Below are positions 1-8,804 of a stretch of 47,728 nucleotides of DNA, in pieces. The stretch covers positions 1-47,728 of the IMG/VR virus record IMGVR_UViG_3300014202_001126. The stretch is one strand, 5' to 3'. Below the pieces are notes generated by a model. The model did not search any database, was not told the DNA's origin, and saw only the letters and a program-made list of their open reading frames with translations. The translations under genes were made by a program, and so were the position numbers. Each line of letters begins with the position of its first letter. Positions within the stretch are counted from its first letter, which is position 1. The stretch comes from a virus (Duplodnaviria > Caudoviricetes).

Positions 1-233
1 AAACCACCGTGCCCGGAAGTCGACGCGCAATGCATGAAACGCGCGGCCGGTGTGGCAACTGGCCTGCGCGAACCTGGCGACGAAAAAGCACCCCGCTCCG
101 TCCTGCGTTTTTTGCGCAGCCTGACGAGGCGTGGTGCTTTTTCGTTTTGCCACCAACGCGACGGCCGAAGGCGACTTCGGCCGCTCGCCACGGTGGGCAA
201 AATGACAAAACGAGGCAGGAACGGAAAGAGCGC

Positions 234-638
234 ATGGCCAAGAAGAAGGCAGCACCCAAGCCGCAGCCCCTGCTCGAGGATGCTCCCGCGAGCGTCCCGG
301 CCCCTCTGAAGCCGGGCGAGTTCGCCGAGGCCGACATCAAGCTCTTCCACTCGCTCAACGAGCGACGGCTGCACCTCGAGCGCGAGGCCAAGAACATCGC
401 GGCCGAGTACAAGCCGATCAAGGATCGTCTCTTCGCTGCCCTGACGGTGCGCGCCGCACGAGGCGAGCGCGCGGTCATCGAGCACGGGTTCCTGCTGAAT
501 CTGAAAGAGATCGTCGGCAAGGTGGCGTGGAAAGAGAAGTACATCGAGATCGCGGGAGCGGCCAAGGCGCTCGAGCTGCAGGAGAGCTGCCCCAAGATCA
601 CGTACATCGAAGTCAAAGCTCTGGCCCAACCCGCGTAA
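234..638 (+). CDS. Phage hypothetical protein (basic N-terminus, coiled coil)
   Basis: ATG at 234 (MAKKKAAPK) after a purine-rich RBS, inside ORF 9..638; helical segment LNERRLHLEREAKNIAAEY. Confidence 0.7.
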   Translation: MAKKKAAPKPQPLLEDAPASVPAPLKPGEFAEADIKLFHSLNERRLHLEREAKNIAAEYKPIKDRLFAALTVRAARGERAVIEHGFLLNLKEIVGKVAWKEKYIEIAGAAKALELQESCPKITYIEVKALAQPA

Positions 639-653
639 CCGAGGGACCGCGCT

Positions 654-1109
654 TTGTCGCCACTCTCCGAGCACACCGTTGCCGCCGTGATGCGTGCGCT
701 GGGGTTGTTGCCCCAGGAAGAGATCGCCCGTTTGTACGGCATCTCGCTCCGCAGCGTGCAGCGCATCGCCGCGCGAGCGCGCCAGCAGCAGCTCGACACG
801 AACCATGCGCCACGCCTGCCGGCCCAGCCGCGTTGCCCCGGTTGCGGTTTGCCGCTGCAGGGCGAGGCGGCCGAGTGTGGACGCTGCCGCGCCGAGCGCG
901 ATCGGGCCGACCGCCAGGCCGTCGCCGCGGCGATCGACACGTTTCCGCGTGAGGAGCTATCGCGGATCAACCTCGCTGCTCTCAGTCCCACGCGTCGCGC
1001 GGCCCTGTATGCCGAGCAGCAGGCCGAGATACGTCGCGCACGCAATCGCCGCCGCCGCGGCCGAGCCGGCCGGTACCAGCCCGAGTACGCCAACTCCTTC
1101 CACCCGTGA
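654..1109 (+). CDS. HTH plus zinc-finger protein, possible late regulator
   Basis: PQEEIARLYGISLRSVQRIA is HTH-like; CPGC...CGRC zinc ribbon. Confidence 0.6.
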   Translation: MSPLSEHTVAAVMRALGLLPQEEIARLYGISLRSVQRIAARARQQQLDTNHAPRLPAQPRCPGCGLPLQGEAAECGRCRAERDRADRQAVAAAIDTFPREELSRINLAALSPTRRAALYAEQQAEIRRARNRRRRGRAGRYQPEYANSFHP

Positions 1110-1119
1110 GACCGCCGAA

Positions 1120-1779
1120 ATGGATGCTGCGACCGCTGCACCGCCTCTCGATCATCGTCCCGGCGATCTGTGGGCCTTCTCGGGCCAGTTGCCCACGAGC
1201 CGCGCGATCAAGTTCTTTACCTGCTCGCGCTATAGCCACGTCGGCGGCATCGCCTACGTCTCGCATAGTCTGCTGAACCGGCTGGAGAAGTCGACCAAAC
1301 TCCACTTCAAGCCCGACGCGTTTCATTTCAACCGCTGGCAGCCGCGGTTCCTGCTCTTCCACTCAACGACGCTCGGCGATCAGCCGTGCGAATTGCAGCG
1401 GACTTTGTTCTCGGGGGTACAGGCACAGAACCCCGAGGCAGCGCTGGCCAGCTATCCCGGCCACGTCTATCGCATTCGCCTGCGCAACGGCTATGCGCTC
1501 GACTCGAACCGGTCCGAACTGCTCTCGACTTACCTCGTGAAGCAGGTCGGTCTGCCGTACGACCGGAACCAGGCGGCGTTGTCGGGCACGCGGTTTCTCA
1601 AGCATTGGCTCTGGTCGCCGGCTGATTTTCATCACGTCTTCTGCTCGGAACTGTGGGCCGGCGCGCTGATGGAGCTGCAGCGGTTGCCCCTGCAGAACCC
1701 GTCGAAGGTCAACCCGGGTCGGCTGATTCACGAGCTGGTCGATTACGGCATTTACTCCGATCCGGAGCGCTTGAAGTGA
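1120..1779 (+). CDS. Permuted papain-like amidase (YiiX/YebB-type NlpC/P60)
   Basis: GDLWAFSG...SRYSHVG (His) precedes GLPYD...FCSEL (Cys), the permuted NlpC/P60 order. Confidence 0.75.
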   Translation: MDAATAAPPLDHRPGDLWAFSGQLPTSRAIKFFTCSRYSHVGGIAYVSHSLLNRLEKSTKLHFKPDAFHFNRWQPRFLLFHSTTLGDQPCELQRTLFSGVQAQNPEAALASYPGHVYRIRLRNGYALDSNRSELLSTYLVKQVGLPYDRNQAALSGTRFLKHWLWSPADFHHVFCSELWAGALMELQRLPLQNPSKVNPGRLIHELVDYGIYSDPERLK

Positions 1780-1864
1780 GCGATCGCGTTGCGTGTCTGA
1801 TCATTGCCGGGAGCGTGGCTCTCGGCCTCGCCATGGGCTTCGTAATCATGTGGGCAGTGAGTTG

Positions 1865-2206
1865 ATGAAGAACGCCTCGGCACTGTTGATCGTCGGCCTG
1901 CTGCTCTGTGCGGCCGCGCCGACCATTGCCGAGGCGCCCAAGGCCAAACCGACAGCAAAGGCCTCGCCGCTCAAGATGCTCGGCGTCGATCTCGACAAGC
2001 TCGACCCGAAGCTGACCGCCTCGATCATGGCCGAGATCGGCAACCGGATGCTCGACGACGACAAGTTTCGTCGCGAGCAGACCGCACTGCTCCGCGCGGC
2101 GATGGGAGCGGCCAGGCATCGTGCCTTGAAAATCAAGATGGCGCTCGACGAGAACCCCAGTATGGGACCGCTCAAGCGTCGCATCATGCTGCGGAATATT
2201 CACTGA
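1865..2206 (+). CDS. Secreted hypothetical protein
   Basis: Signal peptide MKNASALLIVGLLLCAAAPTIAEA; start/stop coupling with neighbours. Confidence 0.65.
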   Translation: MKNASALLIVGLLLCAAAPTIAEAPKAKPTAKASPLKMLGVDLDKLDPKLTASIMAEIGNRMLDDDKFRREQTALLRAAMGAARHRALKIKMALDENPSMGPLKRRIMLRNIH

Positions 2207-2490
2207 TGCCAAAGACGACTGCGATCCTGACGTTCCTTCTCACGGCTTTCATCGGCTTCGTCGTGCACATCGATCGGATGCGATTCGCAGAGGCGGACTG
2301 GCAGTGGCGATTCGACCGCATGGCAAGCGTCTACGCGACCGTGAAGTACGACAGCGATCAATGGAAAGCCAAGTACCAGGATTCGCACGCCGCGTTCGAA
2401 ATGGCCAGCAGTGCCCTGAAAGAATCGAACGACCGCGCTGCGATGTGGCTGGCCAAATACAACGAACTTCGCAAGGAGAACGATCAGTGA
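2206..2490 (+). CDS. N-terminal TM plus coiled-coil protein (i-spanin-like topology)
   Basis: AILTFLLTAFIGFVV TM followed by a helical domain; overlaps the downstream lipoprotein start. Confidence 0.55.
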   Translation: MPKTTAILTFLLTAFIGFVVHIDRMRFAEADWQWRFDRMASVYATVKYDSDQWKAKYQDSHAAFEMASSALKESNDRAAMWLAKYNELRKENDQ

Positions 2491-3083
2491 ATCCCGCCGC
2501 CACGCTCCTGCTCATTCTCGCCGCGTTCGGCCTGTCCGGGTGCACGATCGAGATCGCCGAACCTCATGCCACGCCGTCGCAGACCTGCCCTGATGGGCAG
2601 TGCCCCTACGACACGGTGACCTACGTCGAGGTGCCGACGGTCAATCTGCCGATGGAGGCGCGGCAGAAGAACTGGGGGGGTGGCTCGTGCGTGCACGCGT
2701 CGACGGTGATGTGCCTGCGCTGGCAGGGACTCGACGAGATGGCCGACAAGTGGCGCGCGACCTATGCCGGTGGCGAGAATTCGAAGGGGCTCAGCTCCAA
2801 GCTCGAACACAATGGCCTGCGCTACGCCTACACGACCAGCGGCGACGTCGCGTTTCTCGAGTGGGCCTGTCGCACGCGCCGTGGCTCGGGCATCACGTAC
2901 GGCGGCAACCACTACCAACTGCTCGTGCACTTGGATAACGAACGGGCCGGCATCCTCGACAACAACGCGATCCACAAAATCAACTGGGTTCCGCGAGAAG
3001 AGTTCATCCGCCGCTGGAAAGGCTACGGCGGCTGGGCCTGCACGGTGGTCTATTCGCCGGCACCGCCGATCCCACATCTATAG
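2487..3083 (+). CDS. Lipoprotein with papain/C39-like cysteine peptidase domain
   Basis: GTG start after AAGGAG; lipobox LSGC; GSCVHAS (Cys), NHYQLLV (His), ILDNN. Confidence 0.7.
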   Translation: MNPAATLLLILAAFGLSGCTIEIAEPHATPSQTCPDGQCPYDTVTYVEVPTVNLPMEARQKNWGGGSCVHASTVMCLRWQGLDEMADKWRATYAGGENSKGLSSKLEHNGLRYAYTTSGDVAFLEWACRTRRGSGITYGGNHYQLLVHLDNERAGILDNNAIHKINWVPREEFIRRWKGYGGWACTVVYSPAPPIPHL

Positions 3084-3097
3084 ATCAATCGAAACCC

Positions 3098-3208
3098 ATG
3101 ACGGAAGAGCGGCTTTGGCTGGCGGTGGTAGCGGTTGGCTTGCTGCTGATCGGGCTGGCTTTCTTTCCGCCCTTCCACCTCACACGAGAGGACGACGACG
3201 ATGAATAA
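3098..3208 (+). CDS. Small single-TM protein
   Basis: Hand translation MTEERLWLAVVAVGLLLIGLAFFPPFHLTREDDDDE fills the intergenic gap. Confidence 0.45.
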   Translation: MTEERLWLAVVAVGLLLIGLAFFPPFHLTREDDDDE

Positions 3209-3899
3209 GACGAGCGTTTTTCTGCTGGTGGCCCTGTCGGCCGCCCTGATCTGCGGGGTGACCTACGCGGTGCTGGAGGTCGAGCACACGAAAGCGGCCG
3301 CCACGCAATCGATCGAGTATGCCCAGGCGGTCAACGCCAAGTACGAGCCCTTCTGCCGCGAGCGGGTGGTCAACCTGCCTGAAGATGGCCATGCCTGGTA
3401 CACGACGCTGTTCGTTTCGGCCAACTACCAATCCAACCCGCGCGAGCGCGAGCTGGTGGCCTCGTTTCAGTCAGTGCCCGAGCTACGATCGCTCGCCGCG
3501 CAGACCCACTTTGCGCTCGTCACTCCGCAGTCTCGCACCTACGGCCGCTACAAGGCCTCGACCGGAGCGGTAACGCCCTGTGTGATTGTGCAGCAGCCGG
3601 ACGGCAAGGTGGTCTACAAGTCGAGTGGCCCGAAGGTACCGGACGATTCGTGGCGCTTGATCGATGACATTCGAGAGGCGATCCGCGAACGCTTCCCCCA
3701 TTGCCCGCAGCCGAAGCCCGATCCGGCGCCGGTCACGCCCCCCAGCACGCCACCAGCGACCGTGCCGACGGTCCCTGATTTGGGACCGAGCAAGGAGCCG
3801 GAATCGACCGCAGACCATTCGCTGGCGATTGCGCTGGTCGCCGGCGTGCTTTCGATTGCGGTCGGTATCGGCTGGGCCTGGCGCCGCGAGAGTTTTTGA
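3201..3899 (+). CDS. Membrane protein (N- and C-terminal TM, Pro-rich linker)
   Basis: Two hydrophobic termini; PQPKPDPAPVTPPSTPP linker. Confidence 0.7.
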   Translation: MNKTSVFLLVALSAALICGVTYAVLEVEHTKAAATQSIEYAQAVNAKYEPFCRERVVNLPEDGHAWYTTLFVSANYQSNPRERELVASFQSVPELRSLAAQTHFALVTPQSRTYGRYKASTGAVTPCVIVQQPDGKVVYKSSGPKVPDDSWRLIDDIREAIRERFPHCPQPKPDPAPVTPPSTPPATVPTVPDLGPSKEPESTADHSLAIALVAGVLSIAVGIGWAWRRESF

Positions 3900-3959
3900 T
3901 CGGTTTGCTTGGGGCGGCGCTCGCCGCGGCTGTCTACTACTTGCACAAGGAATTCCTTC

Positions 3960-4397
3960 ATGTTCCCGACTCTCTTCGCTCTCAGTATTCCGCCTGTCGG
4001 CGTGGCCCTGATCGTCGCGTGCTGCGTGGCCGGCGTGGCCCTCGGTATCTTGTTCTTCAAGAAGGACACGGAGATCGAGAACCGCCGACGTGCGGCGGCC
4101 AAGGTGGCGACGATTCTCACGGGCAAGGGCCTGCTGATCATCCCGTCGATCCTCTCGGACTACGCCGTCGGCGATTACTCCGGCATGGTCGCCAAGATGA
4201 AGAACGCGGCCGACATGCTGCTCAACCCGGCCGCGGCCGGCGCCGAGTTCGATGGCGTGTTTGCCCGCATGCTGGAAGAAAAACTGAAGGACCCCGAGCA
4301 GCGCGCGGCGCTGGTCGAGAAGGTCAACAAGCTGTCGGCCGCGTACGGACCGCCGGCTGCCGCCGCCTCGCCCGCTCCGACCGTCGCGGCCGCGTAA
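3960..4397 (+). CDS. Membrane-anchored hypothetical protein
   Basis: ATG at 3960 after AAGGA; TM VGVALIVACCVAGVALGILFF. Confidence 0.7.
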   Translation: MFPTLFALSIPPVGVALIVACCVAGVALGILFFKKDTEIENRRRAAAKVATILTGKGLLIIPSILSDYAVGDYSGMVAKMKNAADMLLNPAAAGAEFDGVFARMLEEKLKDPEQRAALVEKVNKLSAAYGPPAAAASPAPTVAAA

Positions 4398-4406
4398 GCG
4401 ATCTCG

Positions 4407-4517
4407 CGCGCCGACACGGCGCCCGAGGAGACGCGGAGCAACCAGGCCTTCCTGCTGAAAGGCGAGGCGAACCGTCTCGCCAGTTCCGCGTCTCCTCGGA
4501 CGTTGCGTGTCGGCGCG
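4407..4517 (+). ncRNA. Candidate structured intergenic RNA (long stem closing two hairpins)
   Basis: cgcgccgacacg/cgtgtcggcgcg and ccgaggagacgcgga/tccgcgtctcctcgg pair; inner hairpins gcctt..aaggc and ggcgag..ctcgcc. Confidence 0.4.
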
Positions 4518-4543
4518 TGAACTTTTGCTGGGGAGTCGTAGCG

Positions 4544-4894
4544 ATGGATGAGCCAGGCCAGGGAATGTTGGGATTCGGCTCGGCGCTGTGGGGCGCCACC
4601 GTGCATGAGCGTTGGCAGGCCAGGATCTCCCACGAGGAGGCCGAGCTGGTCCGTGGCGTTGTCTTGCGGCCGTGGCGCCGGACCGACGAGGGGCAATCCC
4701 TCAACCTGGTCGACGAGCTCGAGCAGCGCTTCGTCACGACGTTGCGCCAGGACGGGGAGCTCGCCGCGCAGGGGCCGATCGACTGGCGCCCGCTCCGCGA
4801 GCTGATCATCGATTACCTGCCCTACTGCCTGCAGCACCTCGCGAGCCTGGCGGCGAGCTACCACCTCGAACCGCTCGACGCCGTCGTTTCTTGA
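4544..4894 (+). CDS. Phage hypothetical protein
   Basis: ATG at 4544 after GGGAG, in the 3' part of ORF 3896..4894. Confidence 0.6.
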   Translation: MDEPGQGMLGFGSALWGATVHERWQARISHEEAELVRGVVLRPWRRTDEGQSLNLVDELEQRFVTTLRQDGELAAQGPIDWRPLRELIIDYLPYCLQHLASLAASYHLEPLDAVVS

Positions 4895-4899
4895 GAAAC
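4886..4899. promoter_or_regulatory. NBS/parS-like palindrome 1 (GTTTCTTGAGAAAC)
   Basis: Member of the 10-copy RTTTC-YYRR-GAAAH family. Confidence 0.6.
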
Positions 4900-4920
4900 C
4901 ACACGCACCCGGGCAGCAGC

Positions 4921-5190
4921 ATGAGTCCCGCCGAAGAAACGACCCTCGGGAAGATCGAGGTCACCCTCGCGCGACTGGAGACGAAGCTCGATGGAGCGCT
5001 CGCCACCCAGGCCAAGCAAGGCCGCACGCTCGACGGCGACGATTCGGAGGATCGGCCCGGTTTGATCAAGCGGGTCTATCGACTCGAGTTGGGCGAGAAG
5101 TCGAGGCGGCGCGTGTTCGGCCTGCTCTGGACGGCGATCGGCAGCGTCGCCGCGGCCGTGGCCGCGGCACTGGTGGGAGGCGGCAAGTAA
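4921..5190 (+). CDS. Holin-like / XhlA-like coiled-coil plus C-terminal TM protein
   Basis: KIEVTLARLETKLD coiled coil, then RRRVFGLLWTAIGSVAAAVAAALVG. Confidence 0.55.
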   Translation: MSPAEETTLGKIEVTLARLETKLDGALATQAKQGRTLDGDDSEDRPGLIKRVYRLELGEKSRRRVFGLLWTAIGSVAAAVAAALVGGGK

Positions 5191-5193
5191 GGC

Positions 5194-7434
5194 ATGAGCG
5201 TCGATCAGTTCTTCATCACGGACACCGACGATGTTCCCCAGGGCGCGGAGAATCTTTATTTCTCGGACGCACTGGCCATTGCTGCACTGACCGGCCAGAA
5301 CGTCTCGATCTTCACCAACGACGCGGGCTACCTCACCTCATTCACCGAATCCGATCCCGTCTTTACCGCGTCGCCGGCCGCCGGTATCGGAAGTTTGGAT
5401 ATTCTCGCTTGGGACACGGCCGTTAGCTGGGGCAACCATGCGAGCGCGGGCTACCTGACGTCCTTCACCGAAACCGACCCCGTTTTCGGTGCGCATGCTG
5501 CCGCCGGTATCACGGCCAGCGACATCGCGAACCTGGCGAACCTGTCGGGCACGAATACTGGTGACCAAGATCTCAGTGGTTTGGTCGCCAAGTCGACGTA
5601 CGACGCGCACACGATCCTGGCCGCCACGACCGACAACACGCCAGCCGCGGTGACCGTGGCCGAGCAGACCATCGTCGGTCGCATCACAGCGGGCAACATT
5701 GCCGCGCTGACAGCTACGCAGGTTCGCACGCTGATCAACGTTGCCGACGGCGCGACCGCCAACGCCAAGGCCAGCGGAGCAGAACTCGACACCGGCACGG
5801 ATGACGTGAAGTTCGCGACGGCGAAGGCGCTGGCGGACTCTGCGTACCTGACCAGTGAAAGCGATCCGGTTTTCGGCGCGCACGTTGCCTCGTCGATTAC
5901 CAGTCTCGATATCATGGCCTGGGATGCCGCCGTCGCCTGGGGCAACCACGCGAGCGCGGGCTACCTGACGAGCGAAAGCGACCCGGTTTTCGGCGCTTCT
6001 GTAGCGGCGGGCATTGATGGCACGGATGTGAGCAACTGGAACGCGGCGCACGGCTGGGGGAACCATGCCTCGGCCGGCTATCTGACGAGCGTTGATACCA
6101 GCCTCAACTACGATTGGACCGGCACGCACAATTGGGCAGACAACGAACGAATCGAAGTGGGTGCTGGTGGGTCAGCGGGAGCGCTGGGTACAGATGGGTG
6201 TCTGTGGTCTGACGGCTCAACAGCAAGGCTGCAAGTTGAAAGCGACTCGCGCACGGGAAACTTCTCGGGCATCAATCCACTCATCGCCTACACCACGTTC
6301 AACATTCAACTCGGCGGCGCGAAGGACTGGGTGATCGCCCAGCGGTTCGGGCAGATCGACCGATTCGGGGGTGACACGACGACGGGTGCAGGTGCCACGT
6401 TCGCCGCGGGCATCGGTGTCTTCGACTTCTATCTGTACCTCCAGGACACTACGGGAGGCGCCGACGGCCGGCTGGTCATCCCCGACAAGACCTTCCCCGC
6501 CGTGAACGAGTACTTCGAGGCGTACTACGACTCCTCGGCGCACATCACTCGCATCCACACCAGCAACACAAACAGCCGGCCCATCGTGATTCAAGAGGGT
6601 TCGGCGGCTCAGTTCGTCGGCTTTCACACGGCCACGCCTACGCAGTCGGTCGACTTCGGTGCAGACACGCGACACCGCTCAAGCGAGGAGGCACGCTTTG
6701 GTGGCACGTCGACGAGCGACTACCGCGGCGTCGCTCGCTGGACCGGCACGCTCATGGACTACGGGCAAGGCCGTCACCCCACGGCCGACACCGCAGGCAC
6801 CGACACGCAACTGCAAGGGGGCGGTGCGACGTTCGGCGCGACCAACAAGAACGGTGGCTCGGCCTGTCTCGTGAGTGGGTTCGCTACGGGCAACGGACAG
6901 AGCGACGCGGTGGTCAAGACCGTACGACCTAATCAAGGATCGAGCACGGACAGTCGGAGCCCTGTAGAGACCGCACGATTCACCGACGGGCGCCTCGAGC
7001 TGACGCAGGCCGTCATCGGCAGCGACATCCACCGCGAGGTGCATACGGCGACGAACGACGACCCGACGCTCAAGCGTCGAGGTGGTCGCGTGGCAACGAC
7101 CAACAACACGCTGACGACGTTGGCCGCGATCGCGACGACGACGGACAAGTGCCTCTACATCGAGGCGACTTGCGTGGGGCACCGCACAGGGGGCAGCGGC
7201 GGCGCGACCGGCGACTCGTGCACCTACAAGATCGCCGGGCTGTTCAAAAATATCGCAGGGACGGTGACGCAGGTGGGTAGCACCGGCGCACTCTTCACCG
7301 CCGAGGACAACAGCAACTGCGGCGCCCAGTTCACCATCTCCGGCACGGACGTGCTCGTGCAGGTACAGGGCGACACCGACAACAACTACACCTGGCACAC
7401 CGCCAAGTGCGAGACGACCGAGGTAGGAACCTGA
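5194..7434 (+). CDS. Tail fibre / virion fibre protein
   Basis: 746 aa Thr/Gly/Ala-rich; repeated ESDPVF...WGNHASAGYLTS units; beta-rich C-terminus. Confidence 0.7.
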   Translation: MSVDQFFITDTDDVPQGAENLYFSDALAIAALTGQNVSIFTNDAGYLTSFTESDPVFTASPAAGIGSLDILAWDTAVSWGNHASAGYLTSFTETDPVFGAHAAAGITASDIANLANLSGTNTGDQDLSGLVAKSTYDAHTILAATTDNTPAAVTVAEQTIVGRITAGNIAALTATQVRTLINVADGATANAKASGAELDTGTDDVKFATAKALADSAYLTSESDPVFGAHVASSITSLDIMAWDAAVAWGNHASAGYLTSESDPVFGASVAAGIDGTDVSNWNAAHGWGNHASAGYLTSVDTSLNYDWTGTHNWADNERIEVGAGGSAGALGTDGCLWSDGSTARLQVESDSRTGNFSGINPLIAYTTFNIQLGGAKDWVIAQRFGQIDRFGGDTTTGAGATFAAGIGVFDFYLYLQDTTGGADGRLVIPDKTFPAVNEYFEAYYDSSAHITRIHTSNTNSRPIVIQEGSAAQFVGFHTATPTQSVDFGADTRHRSSEEARFGGTSTSDYRGVARWTGTLMDYGQGRHPTADTAGTDTQLQGGGATFGATNKNGGSACLVSGFATGNGQSDAVVKTVRPNQGSSTDSRSPVETARFTDGRLELTQAVIGSDIHREVHTATNDDPTLKRRGGRVATTNNTLTTLAAIATTTDKCLYIEATCVGHRTGGSGGATGDSCTYKIAGLFKNIAGTVTQVGSTGALFTAEDNSNCGAQFTISGTDVLVQVQGDTDNNYTWHTAKCETTEVGT

Positions 7435-7958
7435 TGGCACTGACCCGATCCTTCACAACTCCCGACGCTCGTACCTCGCCCGCCGCCTACGCGGTGATCG
7501 ATGGCATCGCCGGCAGCAAGTTCGCGCAGCGCGCTACGGTCAGCGTCAACATCTATCACGACCAGGCCGCTCGCGAGGCGCAGGCGGCCCCGATCCACGT
7601 CGTGACCGTCGAGTTCTACGCTCACCCGAACGTCCCGGGCTGGGACCGCGTCGAGACCGCGCGCCAGAAGGCCGAGCGAGACGAAGCGGCACTGCGGTCG
7701 GAAGCGGCCCTGTGTCTCCACCTCGATCCCGAAAACCAGGCCGGATACGACGCCTTGATCGCCCAGGCAGATGCCAAGATGCCCGACTTCGAAGGGGCTC
7801 GTGACGAAGCGCTCGGCGATGACTGGCAGCAGCGCTACCCGACCTACGAAGATCTGTTCTCGGCCGAGCAGCTCGACCAGACGAATCCGTACGCGAAATT
7901 CTACGAGTGGGCACAAGCGTACCACCCGCTGTTCTCGGATGGCTGGGAGGCGGTTTAG
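7434..7958 (+). CDS. Hypothetical protein, possible fibre assembly chaperone
   Basis: TGATG-coupled to the fibre gene. Confidence 0.6.
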   Translation: MALTRSFTTPDARTSPAAYAVIDGIAGSKFAQRATVSVNIYHDQAAREAQAAPIHVVTVEFYAHPNVPGWDRVETARQKAERDEAALRSEAALCLHLDPENQAGYDALIAQADAKMPDFEGARDEALGDDWQQRYPTYEDLFSAEQLDQTNPYAKFYEWAQAYHPLFSDGWEAV

Positions 7959-7975
7959 GCAGCAAGCGAGTAGTC

Positions 7976-7989
7976 GTTTCCTGGGAAAT
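7976..7989. promoter_or_regulatory. NBS/parS-like palindrome 2 (GTTTCCTGGGAAAT)
   Basis: Intergenic member of the family; 12/14 match to ATTTCCCGGGAAAT. Confidence 0.6.
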
Positions 7990-7996
7990 GGTTTTT

Positions 7997-8024
7997 TACC
8001 GCGGAGACGCGGAGACGCAGAGGA
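7997..8024 (+). repeat. REP-like repeat type A
   Basis: taccgcggagacgcggagacgcagagga. Confidence 0.7.
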
Positions 8025-8043
8025 AAAGCGGAGTGAAGCGAAC

Positions 8044-8089
8044 GTCGCGCGAACCGGCTCATCGGAGCCCACACGCGCCGAGTCGCGAA
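8044..8089 (+). repeat. 44-46 bp GTCGCG..GCTCATC..GAGTCGCGAA element
   Basis: Same length and motifs as the copies at 23512 and 46373. Confidence 0.7.
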
Positions 8090-8111
8090 TACTCCGCCGG
8101 GAGTACCCGGC

Positions 8112-8804
8112 ATGGCTGAAGAGTGGTCGGTAGGTGCAATTCCGAGCAAGGCGCCGTTCTACGCGCGGGCGTACGACGCGGCGACCGGGTTGTATCTCAA
8201 CACGACCAGCGAGAGCTACGTCTCGATCACGAGCGCCGCGATCGGCCAGTTCTCGCTCGTCGCCACACAAGCGGGGAGCCTGCCCCTCTACCGAGTCGAT
8301 CGACCAGGCTGGGACTCGGCCGACCGCGACGTCGTCGTCGAGCTGGTGCGCGGCGAGATCGGAAGCGAAGCGCAGGGCGATCCACGCCACGCCGCGCGAC
8401 TGCAGACCAAGGGAGTCAGCCAGGTGCGGACCGACGTCGCTGCGTTGGCTGTGCAGGTTGCCGCCATTCGCACGGTTGTCGAGACCGACCTCATCACCGC
8501 TGTGACCGGCTTTCGCAAAGATGCCGACGAGGACAAGTACTCGATCAGCTTCCGCCGCAACGATCTGCCGCTGGTGAGCGGCATCAGCGGCACGCCGACG
8601 CTCACGGTGACGACGGCCGCCGGCGTGGAAGTCTTCACGGCGAACCTCACCGTCGTGACGACCGGCCAGTACCGGCACACCGAAAGCGACGACCGAGTGC
8701 CACCGGGCGAAGAGTATGTAGCGCTCTACTCGGCGACGTTCGACGGTGAGGATGAGCCACGCAAGTGGGTGGACTACGTGGGACGGGACGAGGCAAGCTC
8801 CTGA
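8112..8804 (+). CDS. Hypothetical protein, probably structural (beta-rich)
   Basis: 230 aa ORF with GGGAG RBS, coupled to the next gene. Confidence 0.65.
   Translation: MAEEWSVGAIPSKAPFYARAYDAATGLYLNTTSESYVSITSAAIGQFSLVATQAGSLPLYRVDRPGWDSADRDVVVELVRGEIGSEAQGDPRHAARLQTKGVSQVRTDVAALAVQVAAIRTVVETDLITAVTGFRKDADEDKYSISFRRNDLPLVSGISGTPTLTVTTAAGVEVFTANLTVVTTGQYRHTESDDRVPPGEEYVALYSATFDGEDEPRKWVDYVGRDEASS

Noticed and set aside
5194-7434. Diversity-generating retroelement targeting the fibre
   Set aside because: No reverse transcriptase and no adenine-specific TR/VR pair; the repeats are in-frame protein repeats
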